From the IMG/VR virus record IMGVR_UViG_2855689977_000003: a DNA stretch of 20,305 nt. One strand, 5' to 3'. This DNA comes from an uncultured virus (IMG/VR IMGVR_UViG_2855689977_000003). Lineage: Duplodnaviria > Heunggongvirae > Uroviricota > Caudoviricetes. The position numbers and the translations under genes are program-made. Within the stretch, counting starts at the first letter, position 1. Every line of letters starts with the position of its first letter. This document shows, one piece after another, positions 9,140-17,554 of this stretch. A model generated the notes under the pieces. The model had not been told where the DNA came from, did no database searches, and worked only from the letters and a program-made list of their open reading frames with translations.

Positions 9140-9528
9140 GCATGACCATCATCCGGGTGCGGCTGTGCGAGGCCGACCGCAAGGAATACGGCATCGACGG
9201 GGAGCCGCTGCCCGAAGAGATGACCCTCGACGTGGAGGGCCTGGTCGACCTGCGGGCGCGGGAGCTGGTGGCGCTCGACCGGGCGCTCGGCATGCCTGTG
9301 AAGCTGTTCTTCGAGCCGCTGCTGACGTGGTCGCTGAACGTCGCCGAGGTGGCCCAGGTCGCCGCGTTCCTCGCCGCGCATCAGGCCGGGTCGCCGGTGA
9401 AGTTCGACGACTTCGACCCGCGGCTCGGTCGCGCCGAGCTCGTGCGTGAGGCGAGCGACGCCCCTTTGGCTGGGGCCTCGGAGCGTTCCTCCGAGGCCCC
9501 GACACCGAGGCGTTCCTCCAGTCGATAG
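9136..9528 (+). CDS. Tail assembly chaperone (gpG-like)
   Basis: Lies between tail tube and tape measure; carries an in-frame slippery heptamer near its 3' end; start is TTG 9136 or ATG 9142. Confidence 0.75.
   Translation: MSMTIIRVRLCEADRKEYGIDGEPLPEEMTLDVEGLVDLRARELVALDRALGMPVKLFFEPLLTWSLNVAEVAQVAAFLAAHQAGSPVKFDDFDPRLGRAELVREASDAPLAGASERSSEAPTPRRSSSR
9462..9468 (+). other. Programmed -1 ribosomal frameshift site C_CCT_TTG
   Basis: X_XXY_YYZ pattern in the correct phase (GCC CCT TTG = A-P-L); the -1 frame is open to TGA 9654-9656. Confidence 0.75.
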
Positions 9529-9656
9529 AGCCGTTCTTCACCTTCGCGGCGGGCGTCCCGCCGGCGGCGCTGCGTGAGCTGACGGTGCGGCAGATCCGCG
9601 CCCACCTGTTGTGGTGGGAGTCCAACCGCGGCCCCCTCGAATGGGGCAAGACCTGA
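9462..9656 (+). CDS. Frameshift extension of the tail assembly chaperone (gpGT-like); not in ORF track
   Basis: -1 frame reads PFGWGLGAFLRGPDTEAFLQSIEPFFTFAAGVPPAALRELTVRQIRAHLLWWESNRGPLEWGKT* and fills the gap to the tape measure gene. Confidence 0.7.
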   Translation, partial: PFGWGLGAFLRGPDTEAFLQSIEPFFTFAAGVPPAALRELTVRQIRAHLLWWESNRGPLEWGKT

Positions 9657-9669
9657 TCGGGGGTGACCG

Positions 9670-11787
9670 GTGGCCAGGGAGCGGGTCGAGTACGACGTCG
9701 TCGGCAATGACCGCGGTGGGTCGAAGGCGTTCAAGGACGTTGGGGACGCTGCGGACAAGGCCGCCGACAAGGTCGACGATCTCGGCAAGGCGTCCGCAAA
9801 GGCCGGCGACGAGGTTGACGGACTCGGCGACAAGGCGAGCGGGACCGGGGGCAAGGTCAAGGACTCGGGTGACAAGGCCACCGACGCCGGTGAGAAGTAC
9901 CGCGGCCTCGCCCGCGACATCGAGCAGGTCGAGGGCAACATCCGCCGGCTCGCCGAGGAGATCGACCGGACCGGCAACAAGGACCTGATCAAGGACGTTG
10001 ACCGGCAGAAGCGTGAGCTGCGGAAGCTGACCCGCATTCAGGATCTGCTGCCCGACATGGACAAGGCCGGCGACGAGGCCGCCCGCGGGTTCGGGGCAAG
10101 TTTCGTCACCCGGATCGGGCCGGTCCTCGCCAGCGCCCCGATGGGCCCGGCTGGGGCGGCGATCGGTGGCGCCCTGGCCGTCACCGTCGTGCCCACGGTT
10201 GCTGCGGCTATCGGCGGCGCGGTCGTCGGCGGTATCGGCATCGGCGGTGTCGTCGGCGGTGTGGTGCTTGCGTCGAAGGACGCCCGGGTGCGGCAGGCCG
10301 GGAAGCACCTCGGCGAGGCCGTCATGGGCGACCTCGAAGAGTCCGCCTCCCGGTTCGTGTCCCCGACTATCGCGGGTATCGGCATCATCCGCACCGCCTG
10401 GGACGACGTGGCGGGCGACGTGGACGCCCTGTTCGAGTCGACCGCCCGGTATGTGGAACCCCTCGCCGAGGGCGTCGGCGACTTTATCCGCGAGCTCATG
10501 CCTGGCATCCGCGACGCGGCCGAGGCAGCCGGCCCGGTCATCCGGGAAATTAGCGAGGGTCTACCGCGCGTCGGCCGCGCCCTGTCGGACCTGTTCTCCG
10601 GCTTCGCTGACGACGCCGACGCGGGCGCGTCCGCACTCCGGGCCGTGTTCATCGCCGTCGAGGAAGGCATCGGCTTCGTCGGCGGCGCCGTCAGCTTCTT
10701 CTCCGACATGTACCGGATCCTGCTGGATATCGGCGATGCCGGCGGGGCGGTCGCGGACATCCTGTGGGGCTGGAATCCGATCTTCTCCGGCCCGATCGAC
10801 GAGGGCCGGGCGAAGATCGCCGAGCTGAAGGGTGCCCTGGACAAGGGCGGCGACGCCGGCAAGGACGCCGGAGACAAGATCGGGGACGGGCTGCAAAAGG
10901 CCGACGACAAGGCCACCGACTCCCTCGCCGCACTGCGGGAGTGGCGGGCGGAACTCGACCGGATGACGGGCACCAACCTGTCCGCCCGGCAGGCGCAACG
11001 CGACCTTGAGGCGGCGATCGACGACGCTACGGCGGCGGTCAAGGAGAACGGCAAGACGGCGATCAACCACGGCGCGGAGTTGGACATCAACACCGCGAAG
11101 GGTCGGGCCAACGCCGCCGCCCTCGACAAGATCGCCAAGGAGGCGAACAACGCCTACGACGCGATCCTTGAGCAGACCGGGTCGCAGGATCTGGCCAACG
11201 CCGCAGCTGATCGTGGTCGGGCGAAGTTCATCGAGCTGGCCCGCAAGATGGGCCTGTCGGAGTCCGCGGCGGCCACTCTCGCCGACGAGCTGCTGCGCAT
11301 CAAGGACCGGAAGGTCACCGTCACCGCGAACACCCAACCGGCGCTCGAGGCCGCGAAGGGGATCGTGGCGCGGATCAACAACATGCACGCCCGGATCTCC
11401 GTGTCCGCGCGGGGAACAACCAGCTACGGCGGGTCCGCGCACACCGGCGACGGCTACTCCACCGGCATGTCCGACGGCGGCATGGTCACCGGCACCGGGC
11501 CGAAGGGCGTCGACTCGGAATGGCGGCTGCTGGCCCCCGGTGAGGGCGTCCTGTCGGACGACGAGATCGACGCGTTGGGCGGTCCGTCCGGGTTCGCGCG
11601 GCTGCGGGCCGCGATCCGCACCGGCCAGGGCTACAGCGGGGCAGCTGCCTCCGCCAGCCAGGGTCCGAGCCAGCCGGCGCTCAACGTCGAGGACCTGTAC
11701 CGGGCGTTCGTTCGGGCGCTGCAAACCGTCCCGGTGACCCGAATCGACTCGGGCCGGACGGCTGACCTGTACGCACGGGGAGGATAA
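9670..11787 (+). CDS. Tape measure protein
   Basis: Longest gene (705 aa); Ala/Gly-rich and helical with hydrophobic segments; C-terminal GGMVTGTGPKGVDS..RLLAPGEGVL motif. Confidence 0.92.
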   Translation: MARERVEYDVVGNDRGGSKAFKDVGDAADKAADKVDDLGKASAKAGDEVDGLGDKASGTGGKVKDSGDKATDAGEKYRGLARDIEQVEGNIRRLAEEIDRTGNKDLIKDVDRQKRELRKLTRIQDLLPDMDKAGDEAARGFGASFVTRIGPVLASAPMGPAGAAIGGALAVTVVPTVAAAIGGAVVGGIGIGGVVGGVVLASKDARVRQAGKHLGEAVMGDLEESASRFVSPTIAGIGIIRTAWDDVAGDVDALFESTARYVEPLAEGVGDFIRELMPGIRDAAEAAGPVIREISEGLPRVGRALSDLFSGFADDADAGASALRAVFIAVEEGIGFVGGAVSFFSDMYRILLDIGDAGGAVADILWGWNPIFSGPIDEGRAKIAELKGALDKGGDAGKDAGDKIGDGLQKADDKATDSLAALREWRAELDRMTGTNLSARQAQRDLEAAIDDATAAVKENGKTAINHGAELDINTAKGRANAAALDKIAKEANNAYDAILEQTGSQDLANAAADRGRAKFIELARKMGLSESAAATLADELLRIKDRKVTVTANTQPALEAAKGIVARINNMHARISVSARGTTSYGGSAHTGDGYSTGMSDGGMVTGTGPKGVDSEWRLLAPGEGVLSDDEIDALGGPSGFARLRAAIRTGQGYSGAAASASQGPSQPALNVEDLYRAFVRALQTVPVTRIDSGRTADLYARGG

Positions 11788-11790
11788 AGG

Positions 11791-13650
11791 GTGCCTGACG
11801 TCGTCCAGTTCGTCGACAGCATCTCCGCAACACCCACGGTCCGCCTGGACCTCAACGACGATCAGGTGTGGTCGCTGAAGTACGAGGGGACCGACTTCAC
11901 GCCGCCGCCGTTGCGGCGGGCGGTCGCGCAAACCCTGCTCGCCGACGGTGGGAGGGTGACCGCGGCGGCGTACGACAACCGGCTGCTGCGGCTGCGCCTG
12001 GAGTTGAAGGACACCACCGTGGATGCGGTTGCGTCGCGGACGCAGGAGCTGATGCGGGAGCTGGACCGGCCGACGAACATCCTGAAGTGGCAGCCCGGCA
12101 CGACCGAGCCGGTTTTCTTCCGGACGATGCGGTCAGACACGAACCGGGTCACGGAGGTGCCCGGCACGGGCACGTTCAAGCTGTTCGACGTGGACGTGCT
12201 CGCGGAGCCGTTCGCTTACGGGTTGAAGGAAACCCTGCCGCAGACGACGGTGTACCAAGACCCGGCCAACCCGGGTCCGGACCTCAACGCCAACCCGTAC
12301 TTCGAGACGGACACGGCGGACTGGTCGGCGGTGGGTGGCACGATCGCCCGGTCGACGGCGCAGGCGCATGAGGGTGTGGCGTCGCTGCTGCTCACCCCGG
12401 ACGGTGTGACCGCGACTGTGGAGGCGCAGGCTACCCCTCTGGCGGTTTCCGCTGGGGTGGCGTATCAGGCGTCGGCGTGGGTGCGGTGCGCGGTGACTCG
12501 CACGGTCAACGTGGGGCTCAACTGGCGGCGGGCGAACAACTCGCTTATCTCGGCGCCTCGCGTGGGGGTGGGGGTGGCCGCGAACACGTGGACGCTGATT
12601 GAGGCGGCGTTTACTGCGCCTGCTGATGCGGCGACGGCGACTCTGGTGGCGGGCAACATGACCGGCACCCCGCCCGCGTCGAACACGGTGTTCATCGACG
12701 AAGCGCGGCTCAGGCAGGTCGGCGGCGGCAACGCCTGCTACTTCGACGTCAGCGGCATCCGCGGCGACGTGGAAACCCCGCTGTTCCTCCGCTTGGAGCA
12801 GGGGTCGATCACCGACCAGCGGCGCAGCGTCATCGGGGTCCGCCGGCGAGGCAATCCCGCGGCCATGCCGCTGGCGGTACAGGCGGAGACGATGACCCTC
12901 GGCGCGGACGCCACCCTGGGGGTGTCGACCGATGCCGCAATGTCCGGTACTGGGCAGAACTATGCGAGGGTCAACTTCGCGACGCTGGCCGGCGCGGTTC
13001 GGGTGGCGGCGGTGAACTGGCCGCCGGCTGGGACAGACGTGCGCGGAACGTACCGGGTGTTCCCCCGGGTACGCGTGTCGGTGCCGGCCGATGTCATGTC
13101 GCTGTGGTTCGAGCTGGCTCCCGCCGGCGGCGGCAACCAGGTTGTGGGCGACAAGGTGACCCCGCCACTGTCCACGGCACCCCGCTACATCGACCTGGGG
13201 CTGATCCAGCTGCCGATAGGCGCGGACCCGGTCACCGACGGATACTCCGGTGTTCCCCTCGCCGTCGGGGCAGCGCAAAACCTGAGCGTGGGCGTGCAGC
13301 GGGTGTCAGGCACCGGCACCCTCGACATCGACAACATCCTGCTGGTCCCGGCCGACGACCGGCTGTGCATTGTGGACTGGCCGGTCGATGCGACGCTGAC
13401 CGCTCTGGTGCTCGACTCGGCACGCGCCAGCGTGTACGCGGTCGGCCCGTCAGGTGAGGTACGCGCGACGCAAGCTGTTCCGCTCGTCGGCGGCCCGCCG
13501 CTCGTGAGCCCGAATGTCAGCAACCGCATCGTTTTCGTCCAGGACACCGGCGAGCGTCAGTCCGGCGTCGCGAACCGGCTGACCTCGACCACCCTCGTCA
13601 CCCCGTACTACTGGCCGAAGTACTTGTATGTGCGAGGGGTGGGGTCGTGA
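11791..13650 (+). CDS. Distal tail protein with inserted carbohydrate-binding-like module
   Basis: Directly after the tape measure; N-terminal Dit-like part ends AEPFAYG; insert NPYFETDTADW...AHEG...YQASAWVR...WTLIEAAFTAPA...FIDEARL resembles a CBM4/9-type fold. Confidence 0.75.
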   Translation: MPDVVQFVDSISATPTVRLDLNDDQVWSLKYEGTDFTPPPLRRAVAQTLLADGGRVTAAAYDNRLLRLRLELKDTTVDAVASRTQELMRELDRPTNILKWQPGTTEPVFFRTMRSDTNRVTEVPGTGTFKLFDVDVLAEPFAYGLKETLPQTTVYQDPANPGPDLNANPYFETDTADWSAVGGTIARSTAQAHEGVASLLLTPDGVTATVEAQATPLAVSAGVAYQASAWVRCAVTRTVNVGLNWRRANNSLISAPRVGVGVAANTWTLIEAAFTAPADAATATLVAGNMTGTPPASNTVFIDEARLRQVGGGNACYFDVSGIRGDVETPLFLRLEQGSITDQRRSVIGVRRRGNPAAMPLAVQAETMTLGADATLGVSTDAAMSGTGQNYARVNFATLAGAVRVAAVNWPPAGTDVRGTYRVFPRVRVSVPADVMSLWFELAPAGGGNQVVGDKVTPPLSTAPRYIDLGLIQLPIGADPVTDGYSGVPLAVGAAQNLSVGVQRVSGTGTLDIDNILLVPADDRLCIVDWPVDATLTALVLDSARASVYAVGPSGEVRATQAVPLVGGPPLVSPNVSNRIVFVQDTGERQSGVANRLTSTTLVTPYYWPKYLYVRGVGS

Positions 13651-15272
13651 GTCTGCCGATTCCGCTGGCTGTGCGGCTGCGCGACCGCGACGTAACCGCC
13701 GACGCCCGTGACCTGACGTTCCGGTGGACCGACCCCGGCGGGTACGCGTCGTGTGTCGTGCCGCTGGACCGGCCGCTCACCATGCAACCCGACGAGATCG
13801 CCTACTACAGCCCGATGACCATCTACGACCGCCAATCCGGCGCGGTGGTGTGGGACGGCCGGCAGGAAGACCCGGGCCGGTCCGCACGCGACGGGCAGGT
13901 GTGGGAGCTGGCCGGCGTGGGCGGGCAGGCCCACACCCGCGACCGGTCGTTTCCGATCATCTACGCCGACCGGAGCATCGAGTCCTCGGCGTGGGCACCG
14001 GCGGACATCCAGCCCGGCCAGGCCAAGGGCGGATCGCAGGTGGGGTCGCCGGACGCGACGGACGCGCGGGTGGCGGCGCTTCGCCTGTACTGGGACTCCG
14101 GCCTGGCGGTGAAGACCAACGACCGTGTGGCCACCCAGTACGTGCGGTTGCGGGACACCGGCCAGTGGGTTGCCAGGGTGGGCGCCGACCACCGCGAGGG
14201 TGTTCCGTCGACCCAGCTTCAGGTGCAGTACGTGTCCCGGCATGGGAGTTTCCCGGGCACGGACGCGGCGTTGGAGTCCGACAACTGGACCACCAGCACG
14301 GCCTCGATCTTGCAGCAGATCGGCGTCGGTGGGATGGACAAGCACGCCGCGCCGGAGTTGAGGCTCTACAACCCCGGCGGAACCGCCACCAGTGGCGACA
14401 CCTACTGGACCGAGTTCTCCAACGTCTACGTGATTGGGTCGCGGTATCTGAAGGGCGGGACGGAGAAGCTGTCCGGCTACGCCTCGACGGTCCTCGCCTC
14501 GGATGTGGTGGAGGACCTACTCGGCCGGGTCCTCACCCAGTTCGACGGCGCCAACGCAATCGTCACCCCAACCTCCCTCGCGATCGACCAGCTGGCCTAC
14601 CCGGATGGGGTCACGCCGGACCGGATCCTCTCCGATCTCCTGGCGTTGGAGGGCGGGTTTACGTGGCGGGTGTGGGAACGCGGCAGCACCGGGAAGTTCC
14701 GGTTCGAGTTCGTTCCGGTGCCGTCGCAGGTGCGGTACGAGGCGGACGTGGTCGACGGCTACGACTCGCAAGGGTCCGGCGACGGCCTCTACAACCGCGT
14801 CACGGTGCGCTGGCGGGACTCCTCCGGCAAGTACCGGACGATCGTGCGGACGGCCACGGTGCCCGCCCTCGACGCTGTCAGCCTGATCCGTCAGGGGCAG
14901 CTCGACCTGGGCGACGAGGTGGGTTCCCTGTCGGCGGCGCAGGCGGCCGGTGACCGGTGGCTGGCGGAACGCCAGTACCCCGCGAACGGCGGCCGACTCC
15001 GTATCGCCCGCCCGATCCTCGACCTGTTGTCGGGGCGGATGGTCATGCCGTGGGAGGTCCGGCCCGGACTGATCCGGGTGCGGGGGATCCTCCCGAGACC
15101 GGACGCCCTCAACGGCGTCAGCCGAGACGGGGTGACGATCTTCCGCATCGTCTCCAGCGAGTACCGGGCATCCGACGGGTCGGCGACGCTGGAACTGGAC
15201 TCGTACGCCCGCACCACACCACGGATGATCGCCGACCTCGTCCGCCAGCGTGTCCCGATCCGCCGCCGATGA
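13647..15272 (+). CDS. Tail tip hub / minor tail protein
   Basis: 541 aa; DPGGYASC, VVWDGRQEDPG, GLYNRVTVRW; synteny after Dit. Confidence 0.75.
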   Translation: MSLPIPLAVRLRDRDVTADARDLTFRWTDPGGYASCVVPLDRPLTMQPDEIAYYSPMTIYDRQSGAVVWDGRQEDPGRSARDGQVWELAGVGGQAHTRDRSFPIIYADRSIESSAWAPADIQPGQAKGGSQVGSPDATDARVAALRLYWDSGLAVKTNDRVATQYVRLRDTGQWVARVGADHREGVPSTQLQVQYVSRHGSFPGTDAALESDNWTTSTASILQQIGVGGMDKHAAPELRLYNPGGTATSGDTYWTEFSNVYVIGSRYLKGGTEKLSGYASTVLASDVVEDLLGRVLTQFDGANAIVTPTSLAIDQLAYPDGVTPDRILSDLLALEGGFTWRVWERGSTGKFRFEFVPVPSQVRYEADVVDGYDSQGSGDGLYNRVTVRWRDSSGKYRTIVRTATVPALDAVSLIRQGQLDLGDEVGSLSAAQAAGDRWLAERQYPANGGRLRIARPILDLLSGRMVMPWEVRPGLIRVRGILPRPDALNGVSRDGVTIFRIVSSEYRASDGSATLELDSYARTTPRMIADLVRQRVPIRRR

Positions 15273-15502
15273 ATCCTGGGGGTGCTGTGAGTCTGCAACT
15301 GCCCGACCCGCCGACGACCGGAATCGTCACTGACCGGTCGGGGATCACATGGCGGCGCGACGCGGCCGGCATGTGGACGCCGGACGCGTGCCCGACGTGC
15401 GGGACGTGCCTGCCGCCGATGCCGTGGCCGGAACTGCTGGAACGGCGGGGATCGCTGACGCCCGCCGAGGGTGCCAGCCTGACACAGGAGGCATCCCGAT
15501 GA
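15269..15502 (+). CDS. Small hypothetical protein with CPTCGTC
   Basis: ATGA overlaps at both ends and fills the hub-lysin gap; alternative GTG at 15287. Confidence 0.55.
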   Translation: MNPGGAVSLQLPDPPTTGIVTDRSGITWRRDAAGMWTPDACPTCGTCLPPMPWPELLERRGSLTPAEGASLTQEASR

Positions 15503-16236
15503 CCTGGAGAAAGGGCCAGCCGTGGCGGCGCGTCCACAGCCTGGATCGGCTCAACGAGCAGATCCGGGCGGCGTACCCGCGGGCCGTGCCGCCGGCTACC
15601 CCGGCGACAGCGTGGGGCAGCCTCGCCGACGACGCGCACAGCAGCGACAGCGACCACTTCCCGCACTACTACGCGGCGCTGGGCAAGGTCGCCGTGGTGT
15701 GCGCCGGGGATTTCCCCCACGCGCCGGAGCTGGGGCTCGACTTCGGCGAGGCCGCCGAGGCGCTACGCCTCAGCAAGGACCCACGCATCAAGTACGTGAT
15801 CTTCGACGGGCGGATGTTCAGCTCGTACGCCGCCCACGGGTATGCGCCGTACACCTGGCGGCCCTACTCGGGCAAGGACATGCACCGCACCCACGGGCAC
15901 ATCAGCACCGTGGCCACCGCCGCGGCGGACGACCCGCGAGACTGGCAGATTGGAGAGGACGACATGCCGATCACCGACGCCGACGCCGTGAAGATCGCGC
16001 GCGCGATGGTCAACCAGAAGGTGGGCGGCTCGTCGTCCCCTACAGTCGGCGAGCTGTTGCAGGCGCTGGAGCCGGCGATCGCCCGGGAGGGCACGAACCC
16101 GACCGAGCTGGCCGCCGCCCTAGCCGGCCTGCCGCAGGTGGACCCGGCGAAGCTGGCGGCGCAGATCGCCTCACTGCTGCCCGCCACGCAGGTCAAGCAG
16201 CTCGCCGACGAGCTCGCCCGCCGTCTCGCGTCGTGA
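15499..16236 (+). CDS. Endolysin (Zn-peptidase M15-like catalytic domain)
   Basis: AGGAGG RBS before ATG 15499; SDHFP...VCAGD...RIKYVIF...WRPYSG..MHRTHGHIS (H, D, HxH ligands); helical C-terminus. Confidence 0.8.
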   Translation: MTWRKGQPWRRVHSLDRLNEQIRAAYPRAVPPATPATAWGSLADDAHSSDSDHFPHYYAALGKVAVVCAGDFPHAPELGLDFGEAAEALRLSKDPRIKYVIFDGRMFSSYAAHGYAPYTWRPYSGKDMHRTHGHISTVATAAADDPRDWQIGEDDMPITDADAVKIARAMVNQKVGGSSSPTVGELLQALEPAIAREGTNPTELAAALAGLPQVDPAKLAAQIASLLPATQVKQLADELARRLAS

Positions 16237-16565
16237 GCCTTCAGCAGTGGGCCGGGGCCAGCATCATCCTCGGCGTCATCCTCACCGCCGTCACCCTCGC
16301 GGTGATGATCGGAAAGCCGCTGCGCAGGCTCGCGAAGCAGAACGATGAGTTCCGTGAGGACTGGTACGGCACGGCGGCGCGGCCGGGCCGGCCGGCTGTG
16401 CTCGGCGTGCCGGAACGGCTCGCGCGGCTCGAGCAGCAAGCGACCGGCCGCGACGGAGCGCTCGCGCAAGCGGTCGCCGCGCTGCGTGAGGACGTCGGCG
16501 CGACCCTGCTCCGCGTCGAGACGCGCCTCGACGACCACATCAGGACCCATCACAGCGGGGTCTGA
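16233..16565 (+). CDS. Lysis-cassette membrane protein (1 TM plus coiled coil)
   Basis: GTGA overlap with the lysin; TM ASIILGVILTAVTLAVMIG; FREDWYG..ARPG...GVPERLARLE; ends RLDDHIRTH. Confidence 0.75.
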   Translation: MSLQQWAGASIILGVILTAVTLAVMIGKPLRRLAKQNDEFREDWYGTAARPGRPAVLGVPERLARLEQQATGRDGALAQAVAALREDVGATLLRVETRLDDHIRTHHSGV

Positions 16566-16603
16566 CGGCAACGGTGGTCCCGGTCGACCACCGCGTCCCG
16601 TCA
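16563..16603. terminator. Hairpin between convergent stop codons, possibly a bidirectional terminator
   Basis: Inner stem CGGTGGTC/GACCACCG (16572-79/16586-93), outer stem TGACGG/CCGTCA; no U-tract. Confidence 0.5.
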
Positions 16604-16960
16604 CCGCTCGCCGAGGGCCTTGAGCAGGCTCATCCGGTCGATGCCTACCGCCCTCGCGGCGCCGGCCTTCGGGTAGCCGTGGCGGACCATCATGACGGCG
16701 ATGGTCTCGGCGACCACGTACGCCTCCCGCTCTCGGAGGCGGGCGTCGATGAGCGCCCGGTTGGCGTCCTCGGCGCTGGTCTCGCCGAGCAGGTACTGGA
16801 CGACGGCGGACAGGGCCGCGTGCCGCTCGGGCTGCTCATCAGGGTCGGGGTAGCGCTCGTCGACGCGCTGCCACTGCTCGGCGAACATCTCGATTTGCTC
16901 GGGGGTCATCTCGCCGGCGGCCGGGCCGAGCCAGGTCAGCATTCCGTCGGTGATCTGCAT
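16601..16960 (-). CDS. Helical protein with C-terminal helix-turn-helix (putative repressor/antitoxin), 119 aa
   Basis: GAGGAG RBS overlapping the upstream gene end, ATG 16960; C-terminus GYPKAGAARAVGIDRMSLLKALG is HTH-like. Confidence 0.8.
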   Translation of the reverse strand: MQITDGMLTWLGPAAGEMTPEQIEMFAEQWQRVDERYPDPDEQPERHAALSAVVQYLLGETSAEDANRALIDARLREREAYVVAETIAVMMVRHGYPKAGAARAVGIDRMSLLKALGER

Positions 16961-16965
16961 GGTGG

Positions 16966-17304
16966 TCACTCCTCGTCGAAGTCGGGGCCGTCGGTGCAGC
17001 AGCCGTGCAGGCAGGGCAGGGTCTCGCCGCCGACGCTGCGGGCGAAGCGGTCGCCTTCGTAGGTGCGGTGCGCCTCGGGCGCGTGGAAGATGGCGATCTC
17101 GCTGGCGGCCTGGCGGTAGAGGGTGCTGGCGTAGCCGTTGCCCTGATGCGCGGCCGGGGTCTCGACCTGCGCGATCTCGCCGGTCTCGGGGTCCACCCAC
17201 AGCTTGGAGACGGTCTCGCCGTCGATCACGAGCGACCACCGGTGAGCCAGGTCGTCGTGCTCGTCGTATCGGGCCATGTCCCGGATGATCTGCCGCTCGC
17301 TCAT
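16966..17304 (-). CDS. Minimal GNAT-family acetyltransferase
   Basis: IAQVETPAAHQGNGYASTLY matches acetyl-CoA binding motif A (Q/RxxGxA); downstream TYEGDRF; C-terminal CLHGCC and acidic tail. Confidence 0.8.
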   Translation of the reverse strand: MSERQIIRDMARYDEHDDLAHRWSLVIDGETVSKLWVDPETGEIAQVETPAAHQGNGYASTLYRQAASEIAIFHAPEAHRTYEGDRFARSVGGETLPCLHGCCTDGPDFDEE

Positions 17305-17342
17305 GTAGATGAGTCTACAGGCAGACTGTAGGTCTGTCTACA
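17304..17342 (-). promoter_or_regulatory. Leaderless promoter with two palindromic operators
   Basis: Minus strand TAGACA(17340-35)-N17-TAGACT(17317-12)-N7-ATG; TGTAG-N6-CTACA at 17304-17319 and 17327-17342. Confidence 0.75.
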
Positions 17343-17356
17343 CCCGAGGCGAGGAA

Positions 17357-17554
17357 TCACGTGCCGTGCTGGTGGTCCGGGTCGTACACCACCTCACCGC
17401 ACTCCCGGCACCGCCAATACCGCACCGTCCACCGGCAGTCCGGGCAGCCCGTCGTGCCCGGCGACCACTCGTCGTGCCCTTCCAGGCAGGGGGTGGGCCG
17501 CCACTCCTGCCACACCCGCTGACCCTTGCGGGTCACCCATTCACCGGACACCAC
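17357..17554 (-). CDS. Small Cys/Trp-rich Zn-ribbon-like protein (65 aa)
   Basis: CLEGH...CPDC...CRECG...H; GTG start preceded by TACGGT-N6. Confidence 0.6.
   Translation of the reverse strand: MVSGEWVTRKGQRVWQEWRPTPCLEGHDEWSPGTTGCPDCRWTVRYWRCRECGEVVYDPDHQHGT

Noticed and set aside
128..16604. Many long antisense or alternate-frame ORFs (e.g. 128-2164 -, 4256-5509 -, 10561-11931 -, 12133-13278 -, 13724-14953 +)
   Set aside because: They are shadow ORFs of high-GC coding sequence: Arg/Pro/Gly-rich, without motifs, and almost wholly overlapping well-supported phage genes.
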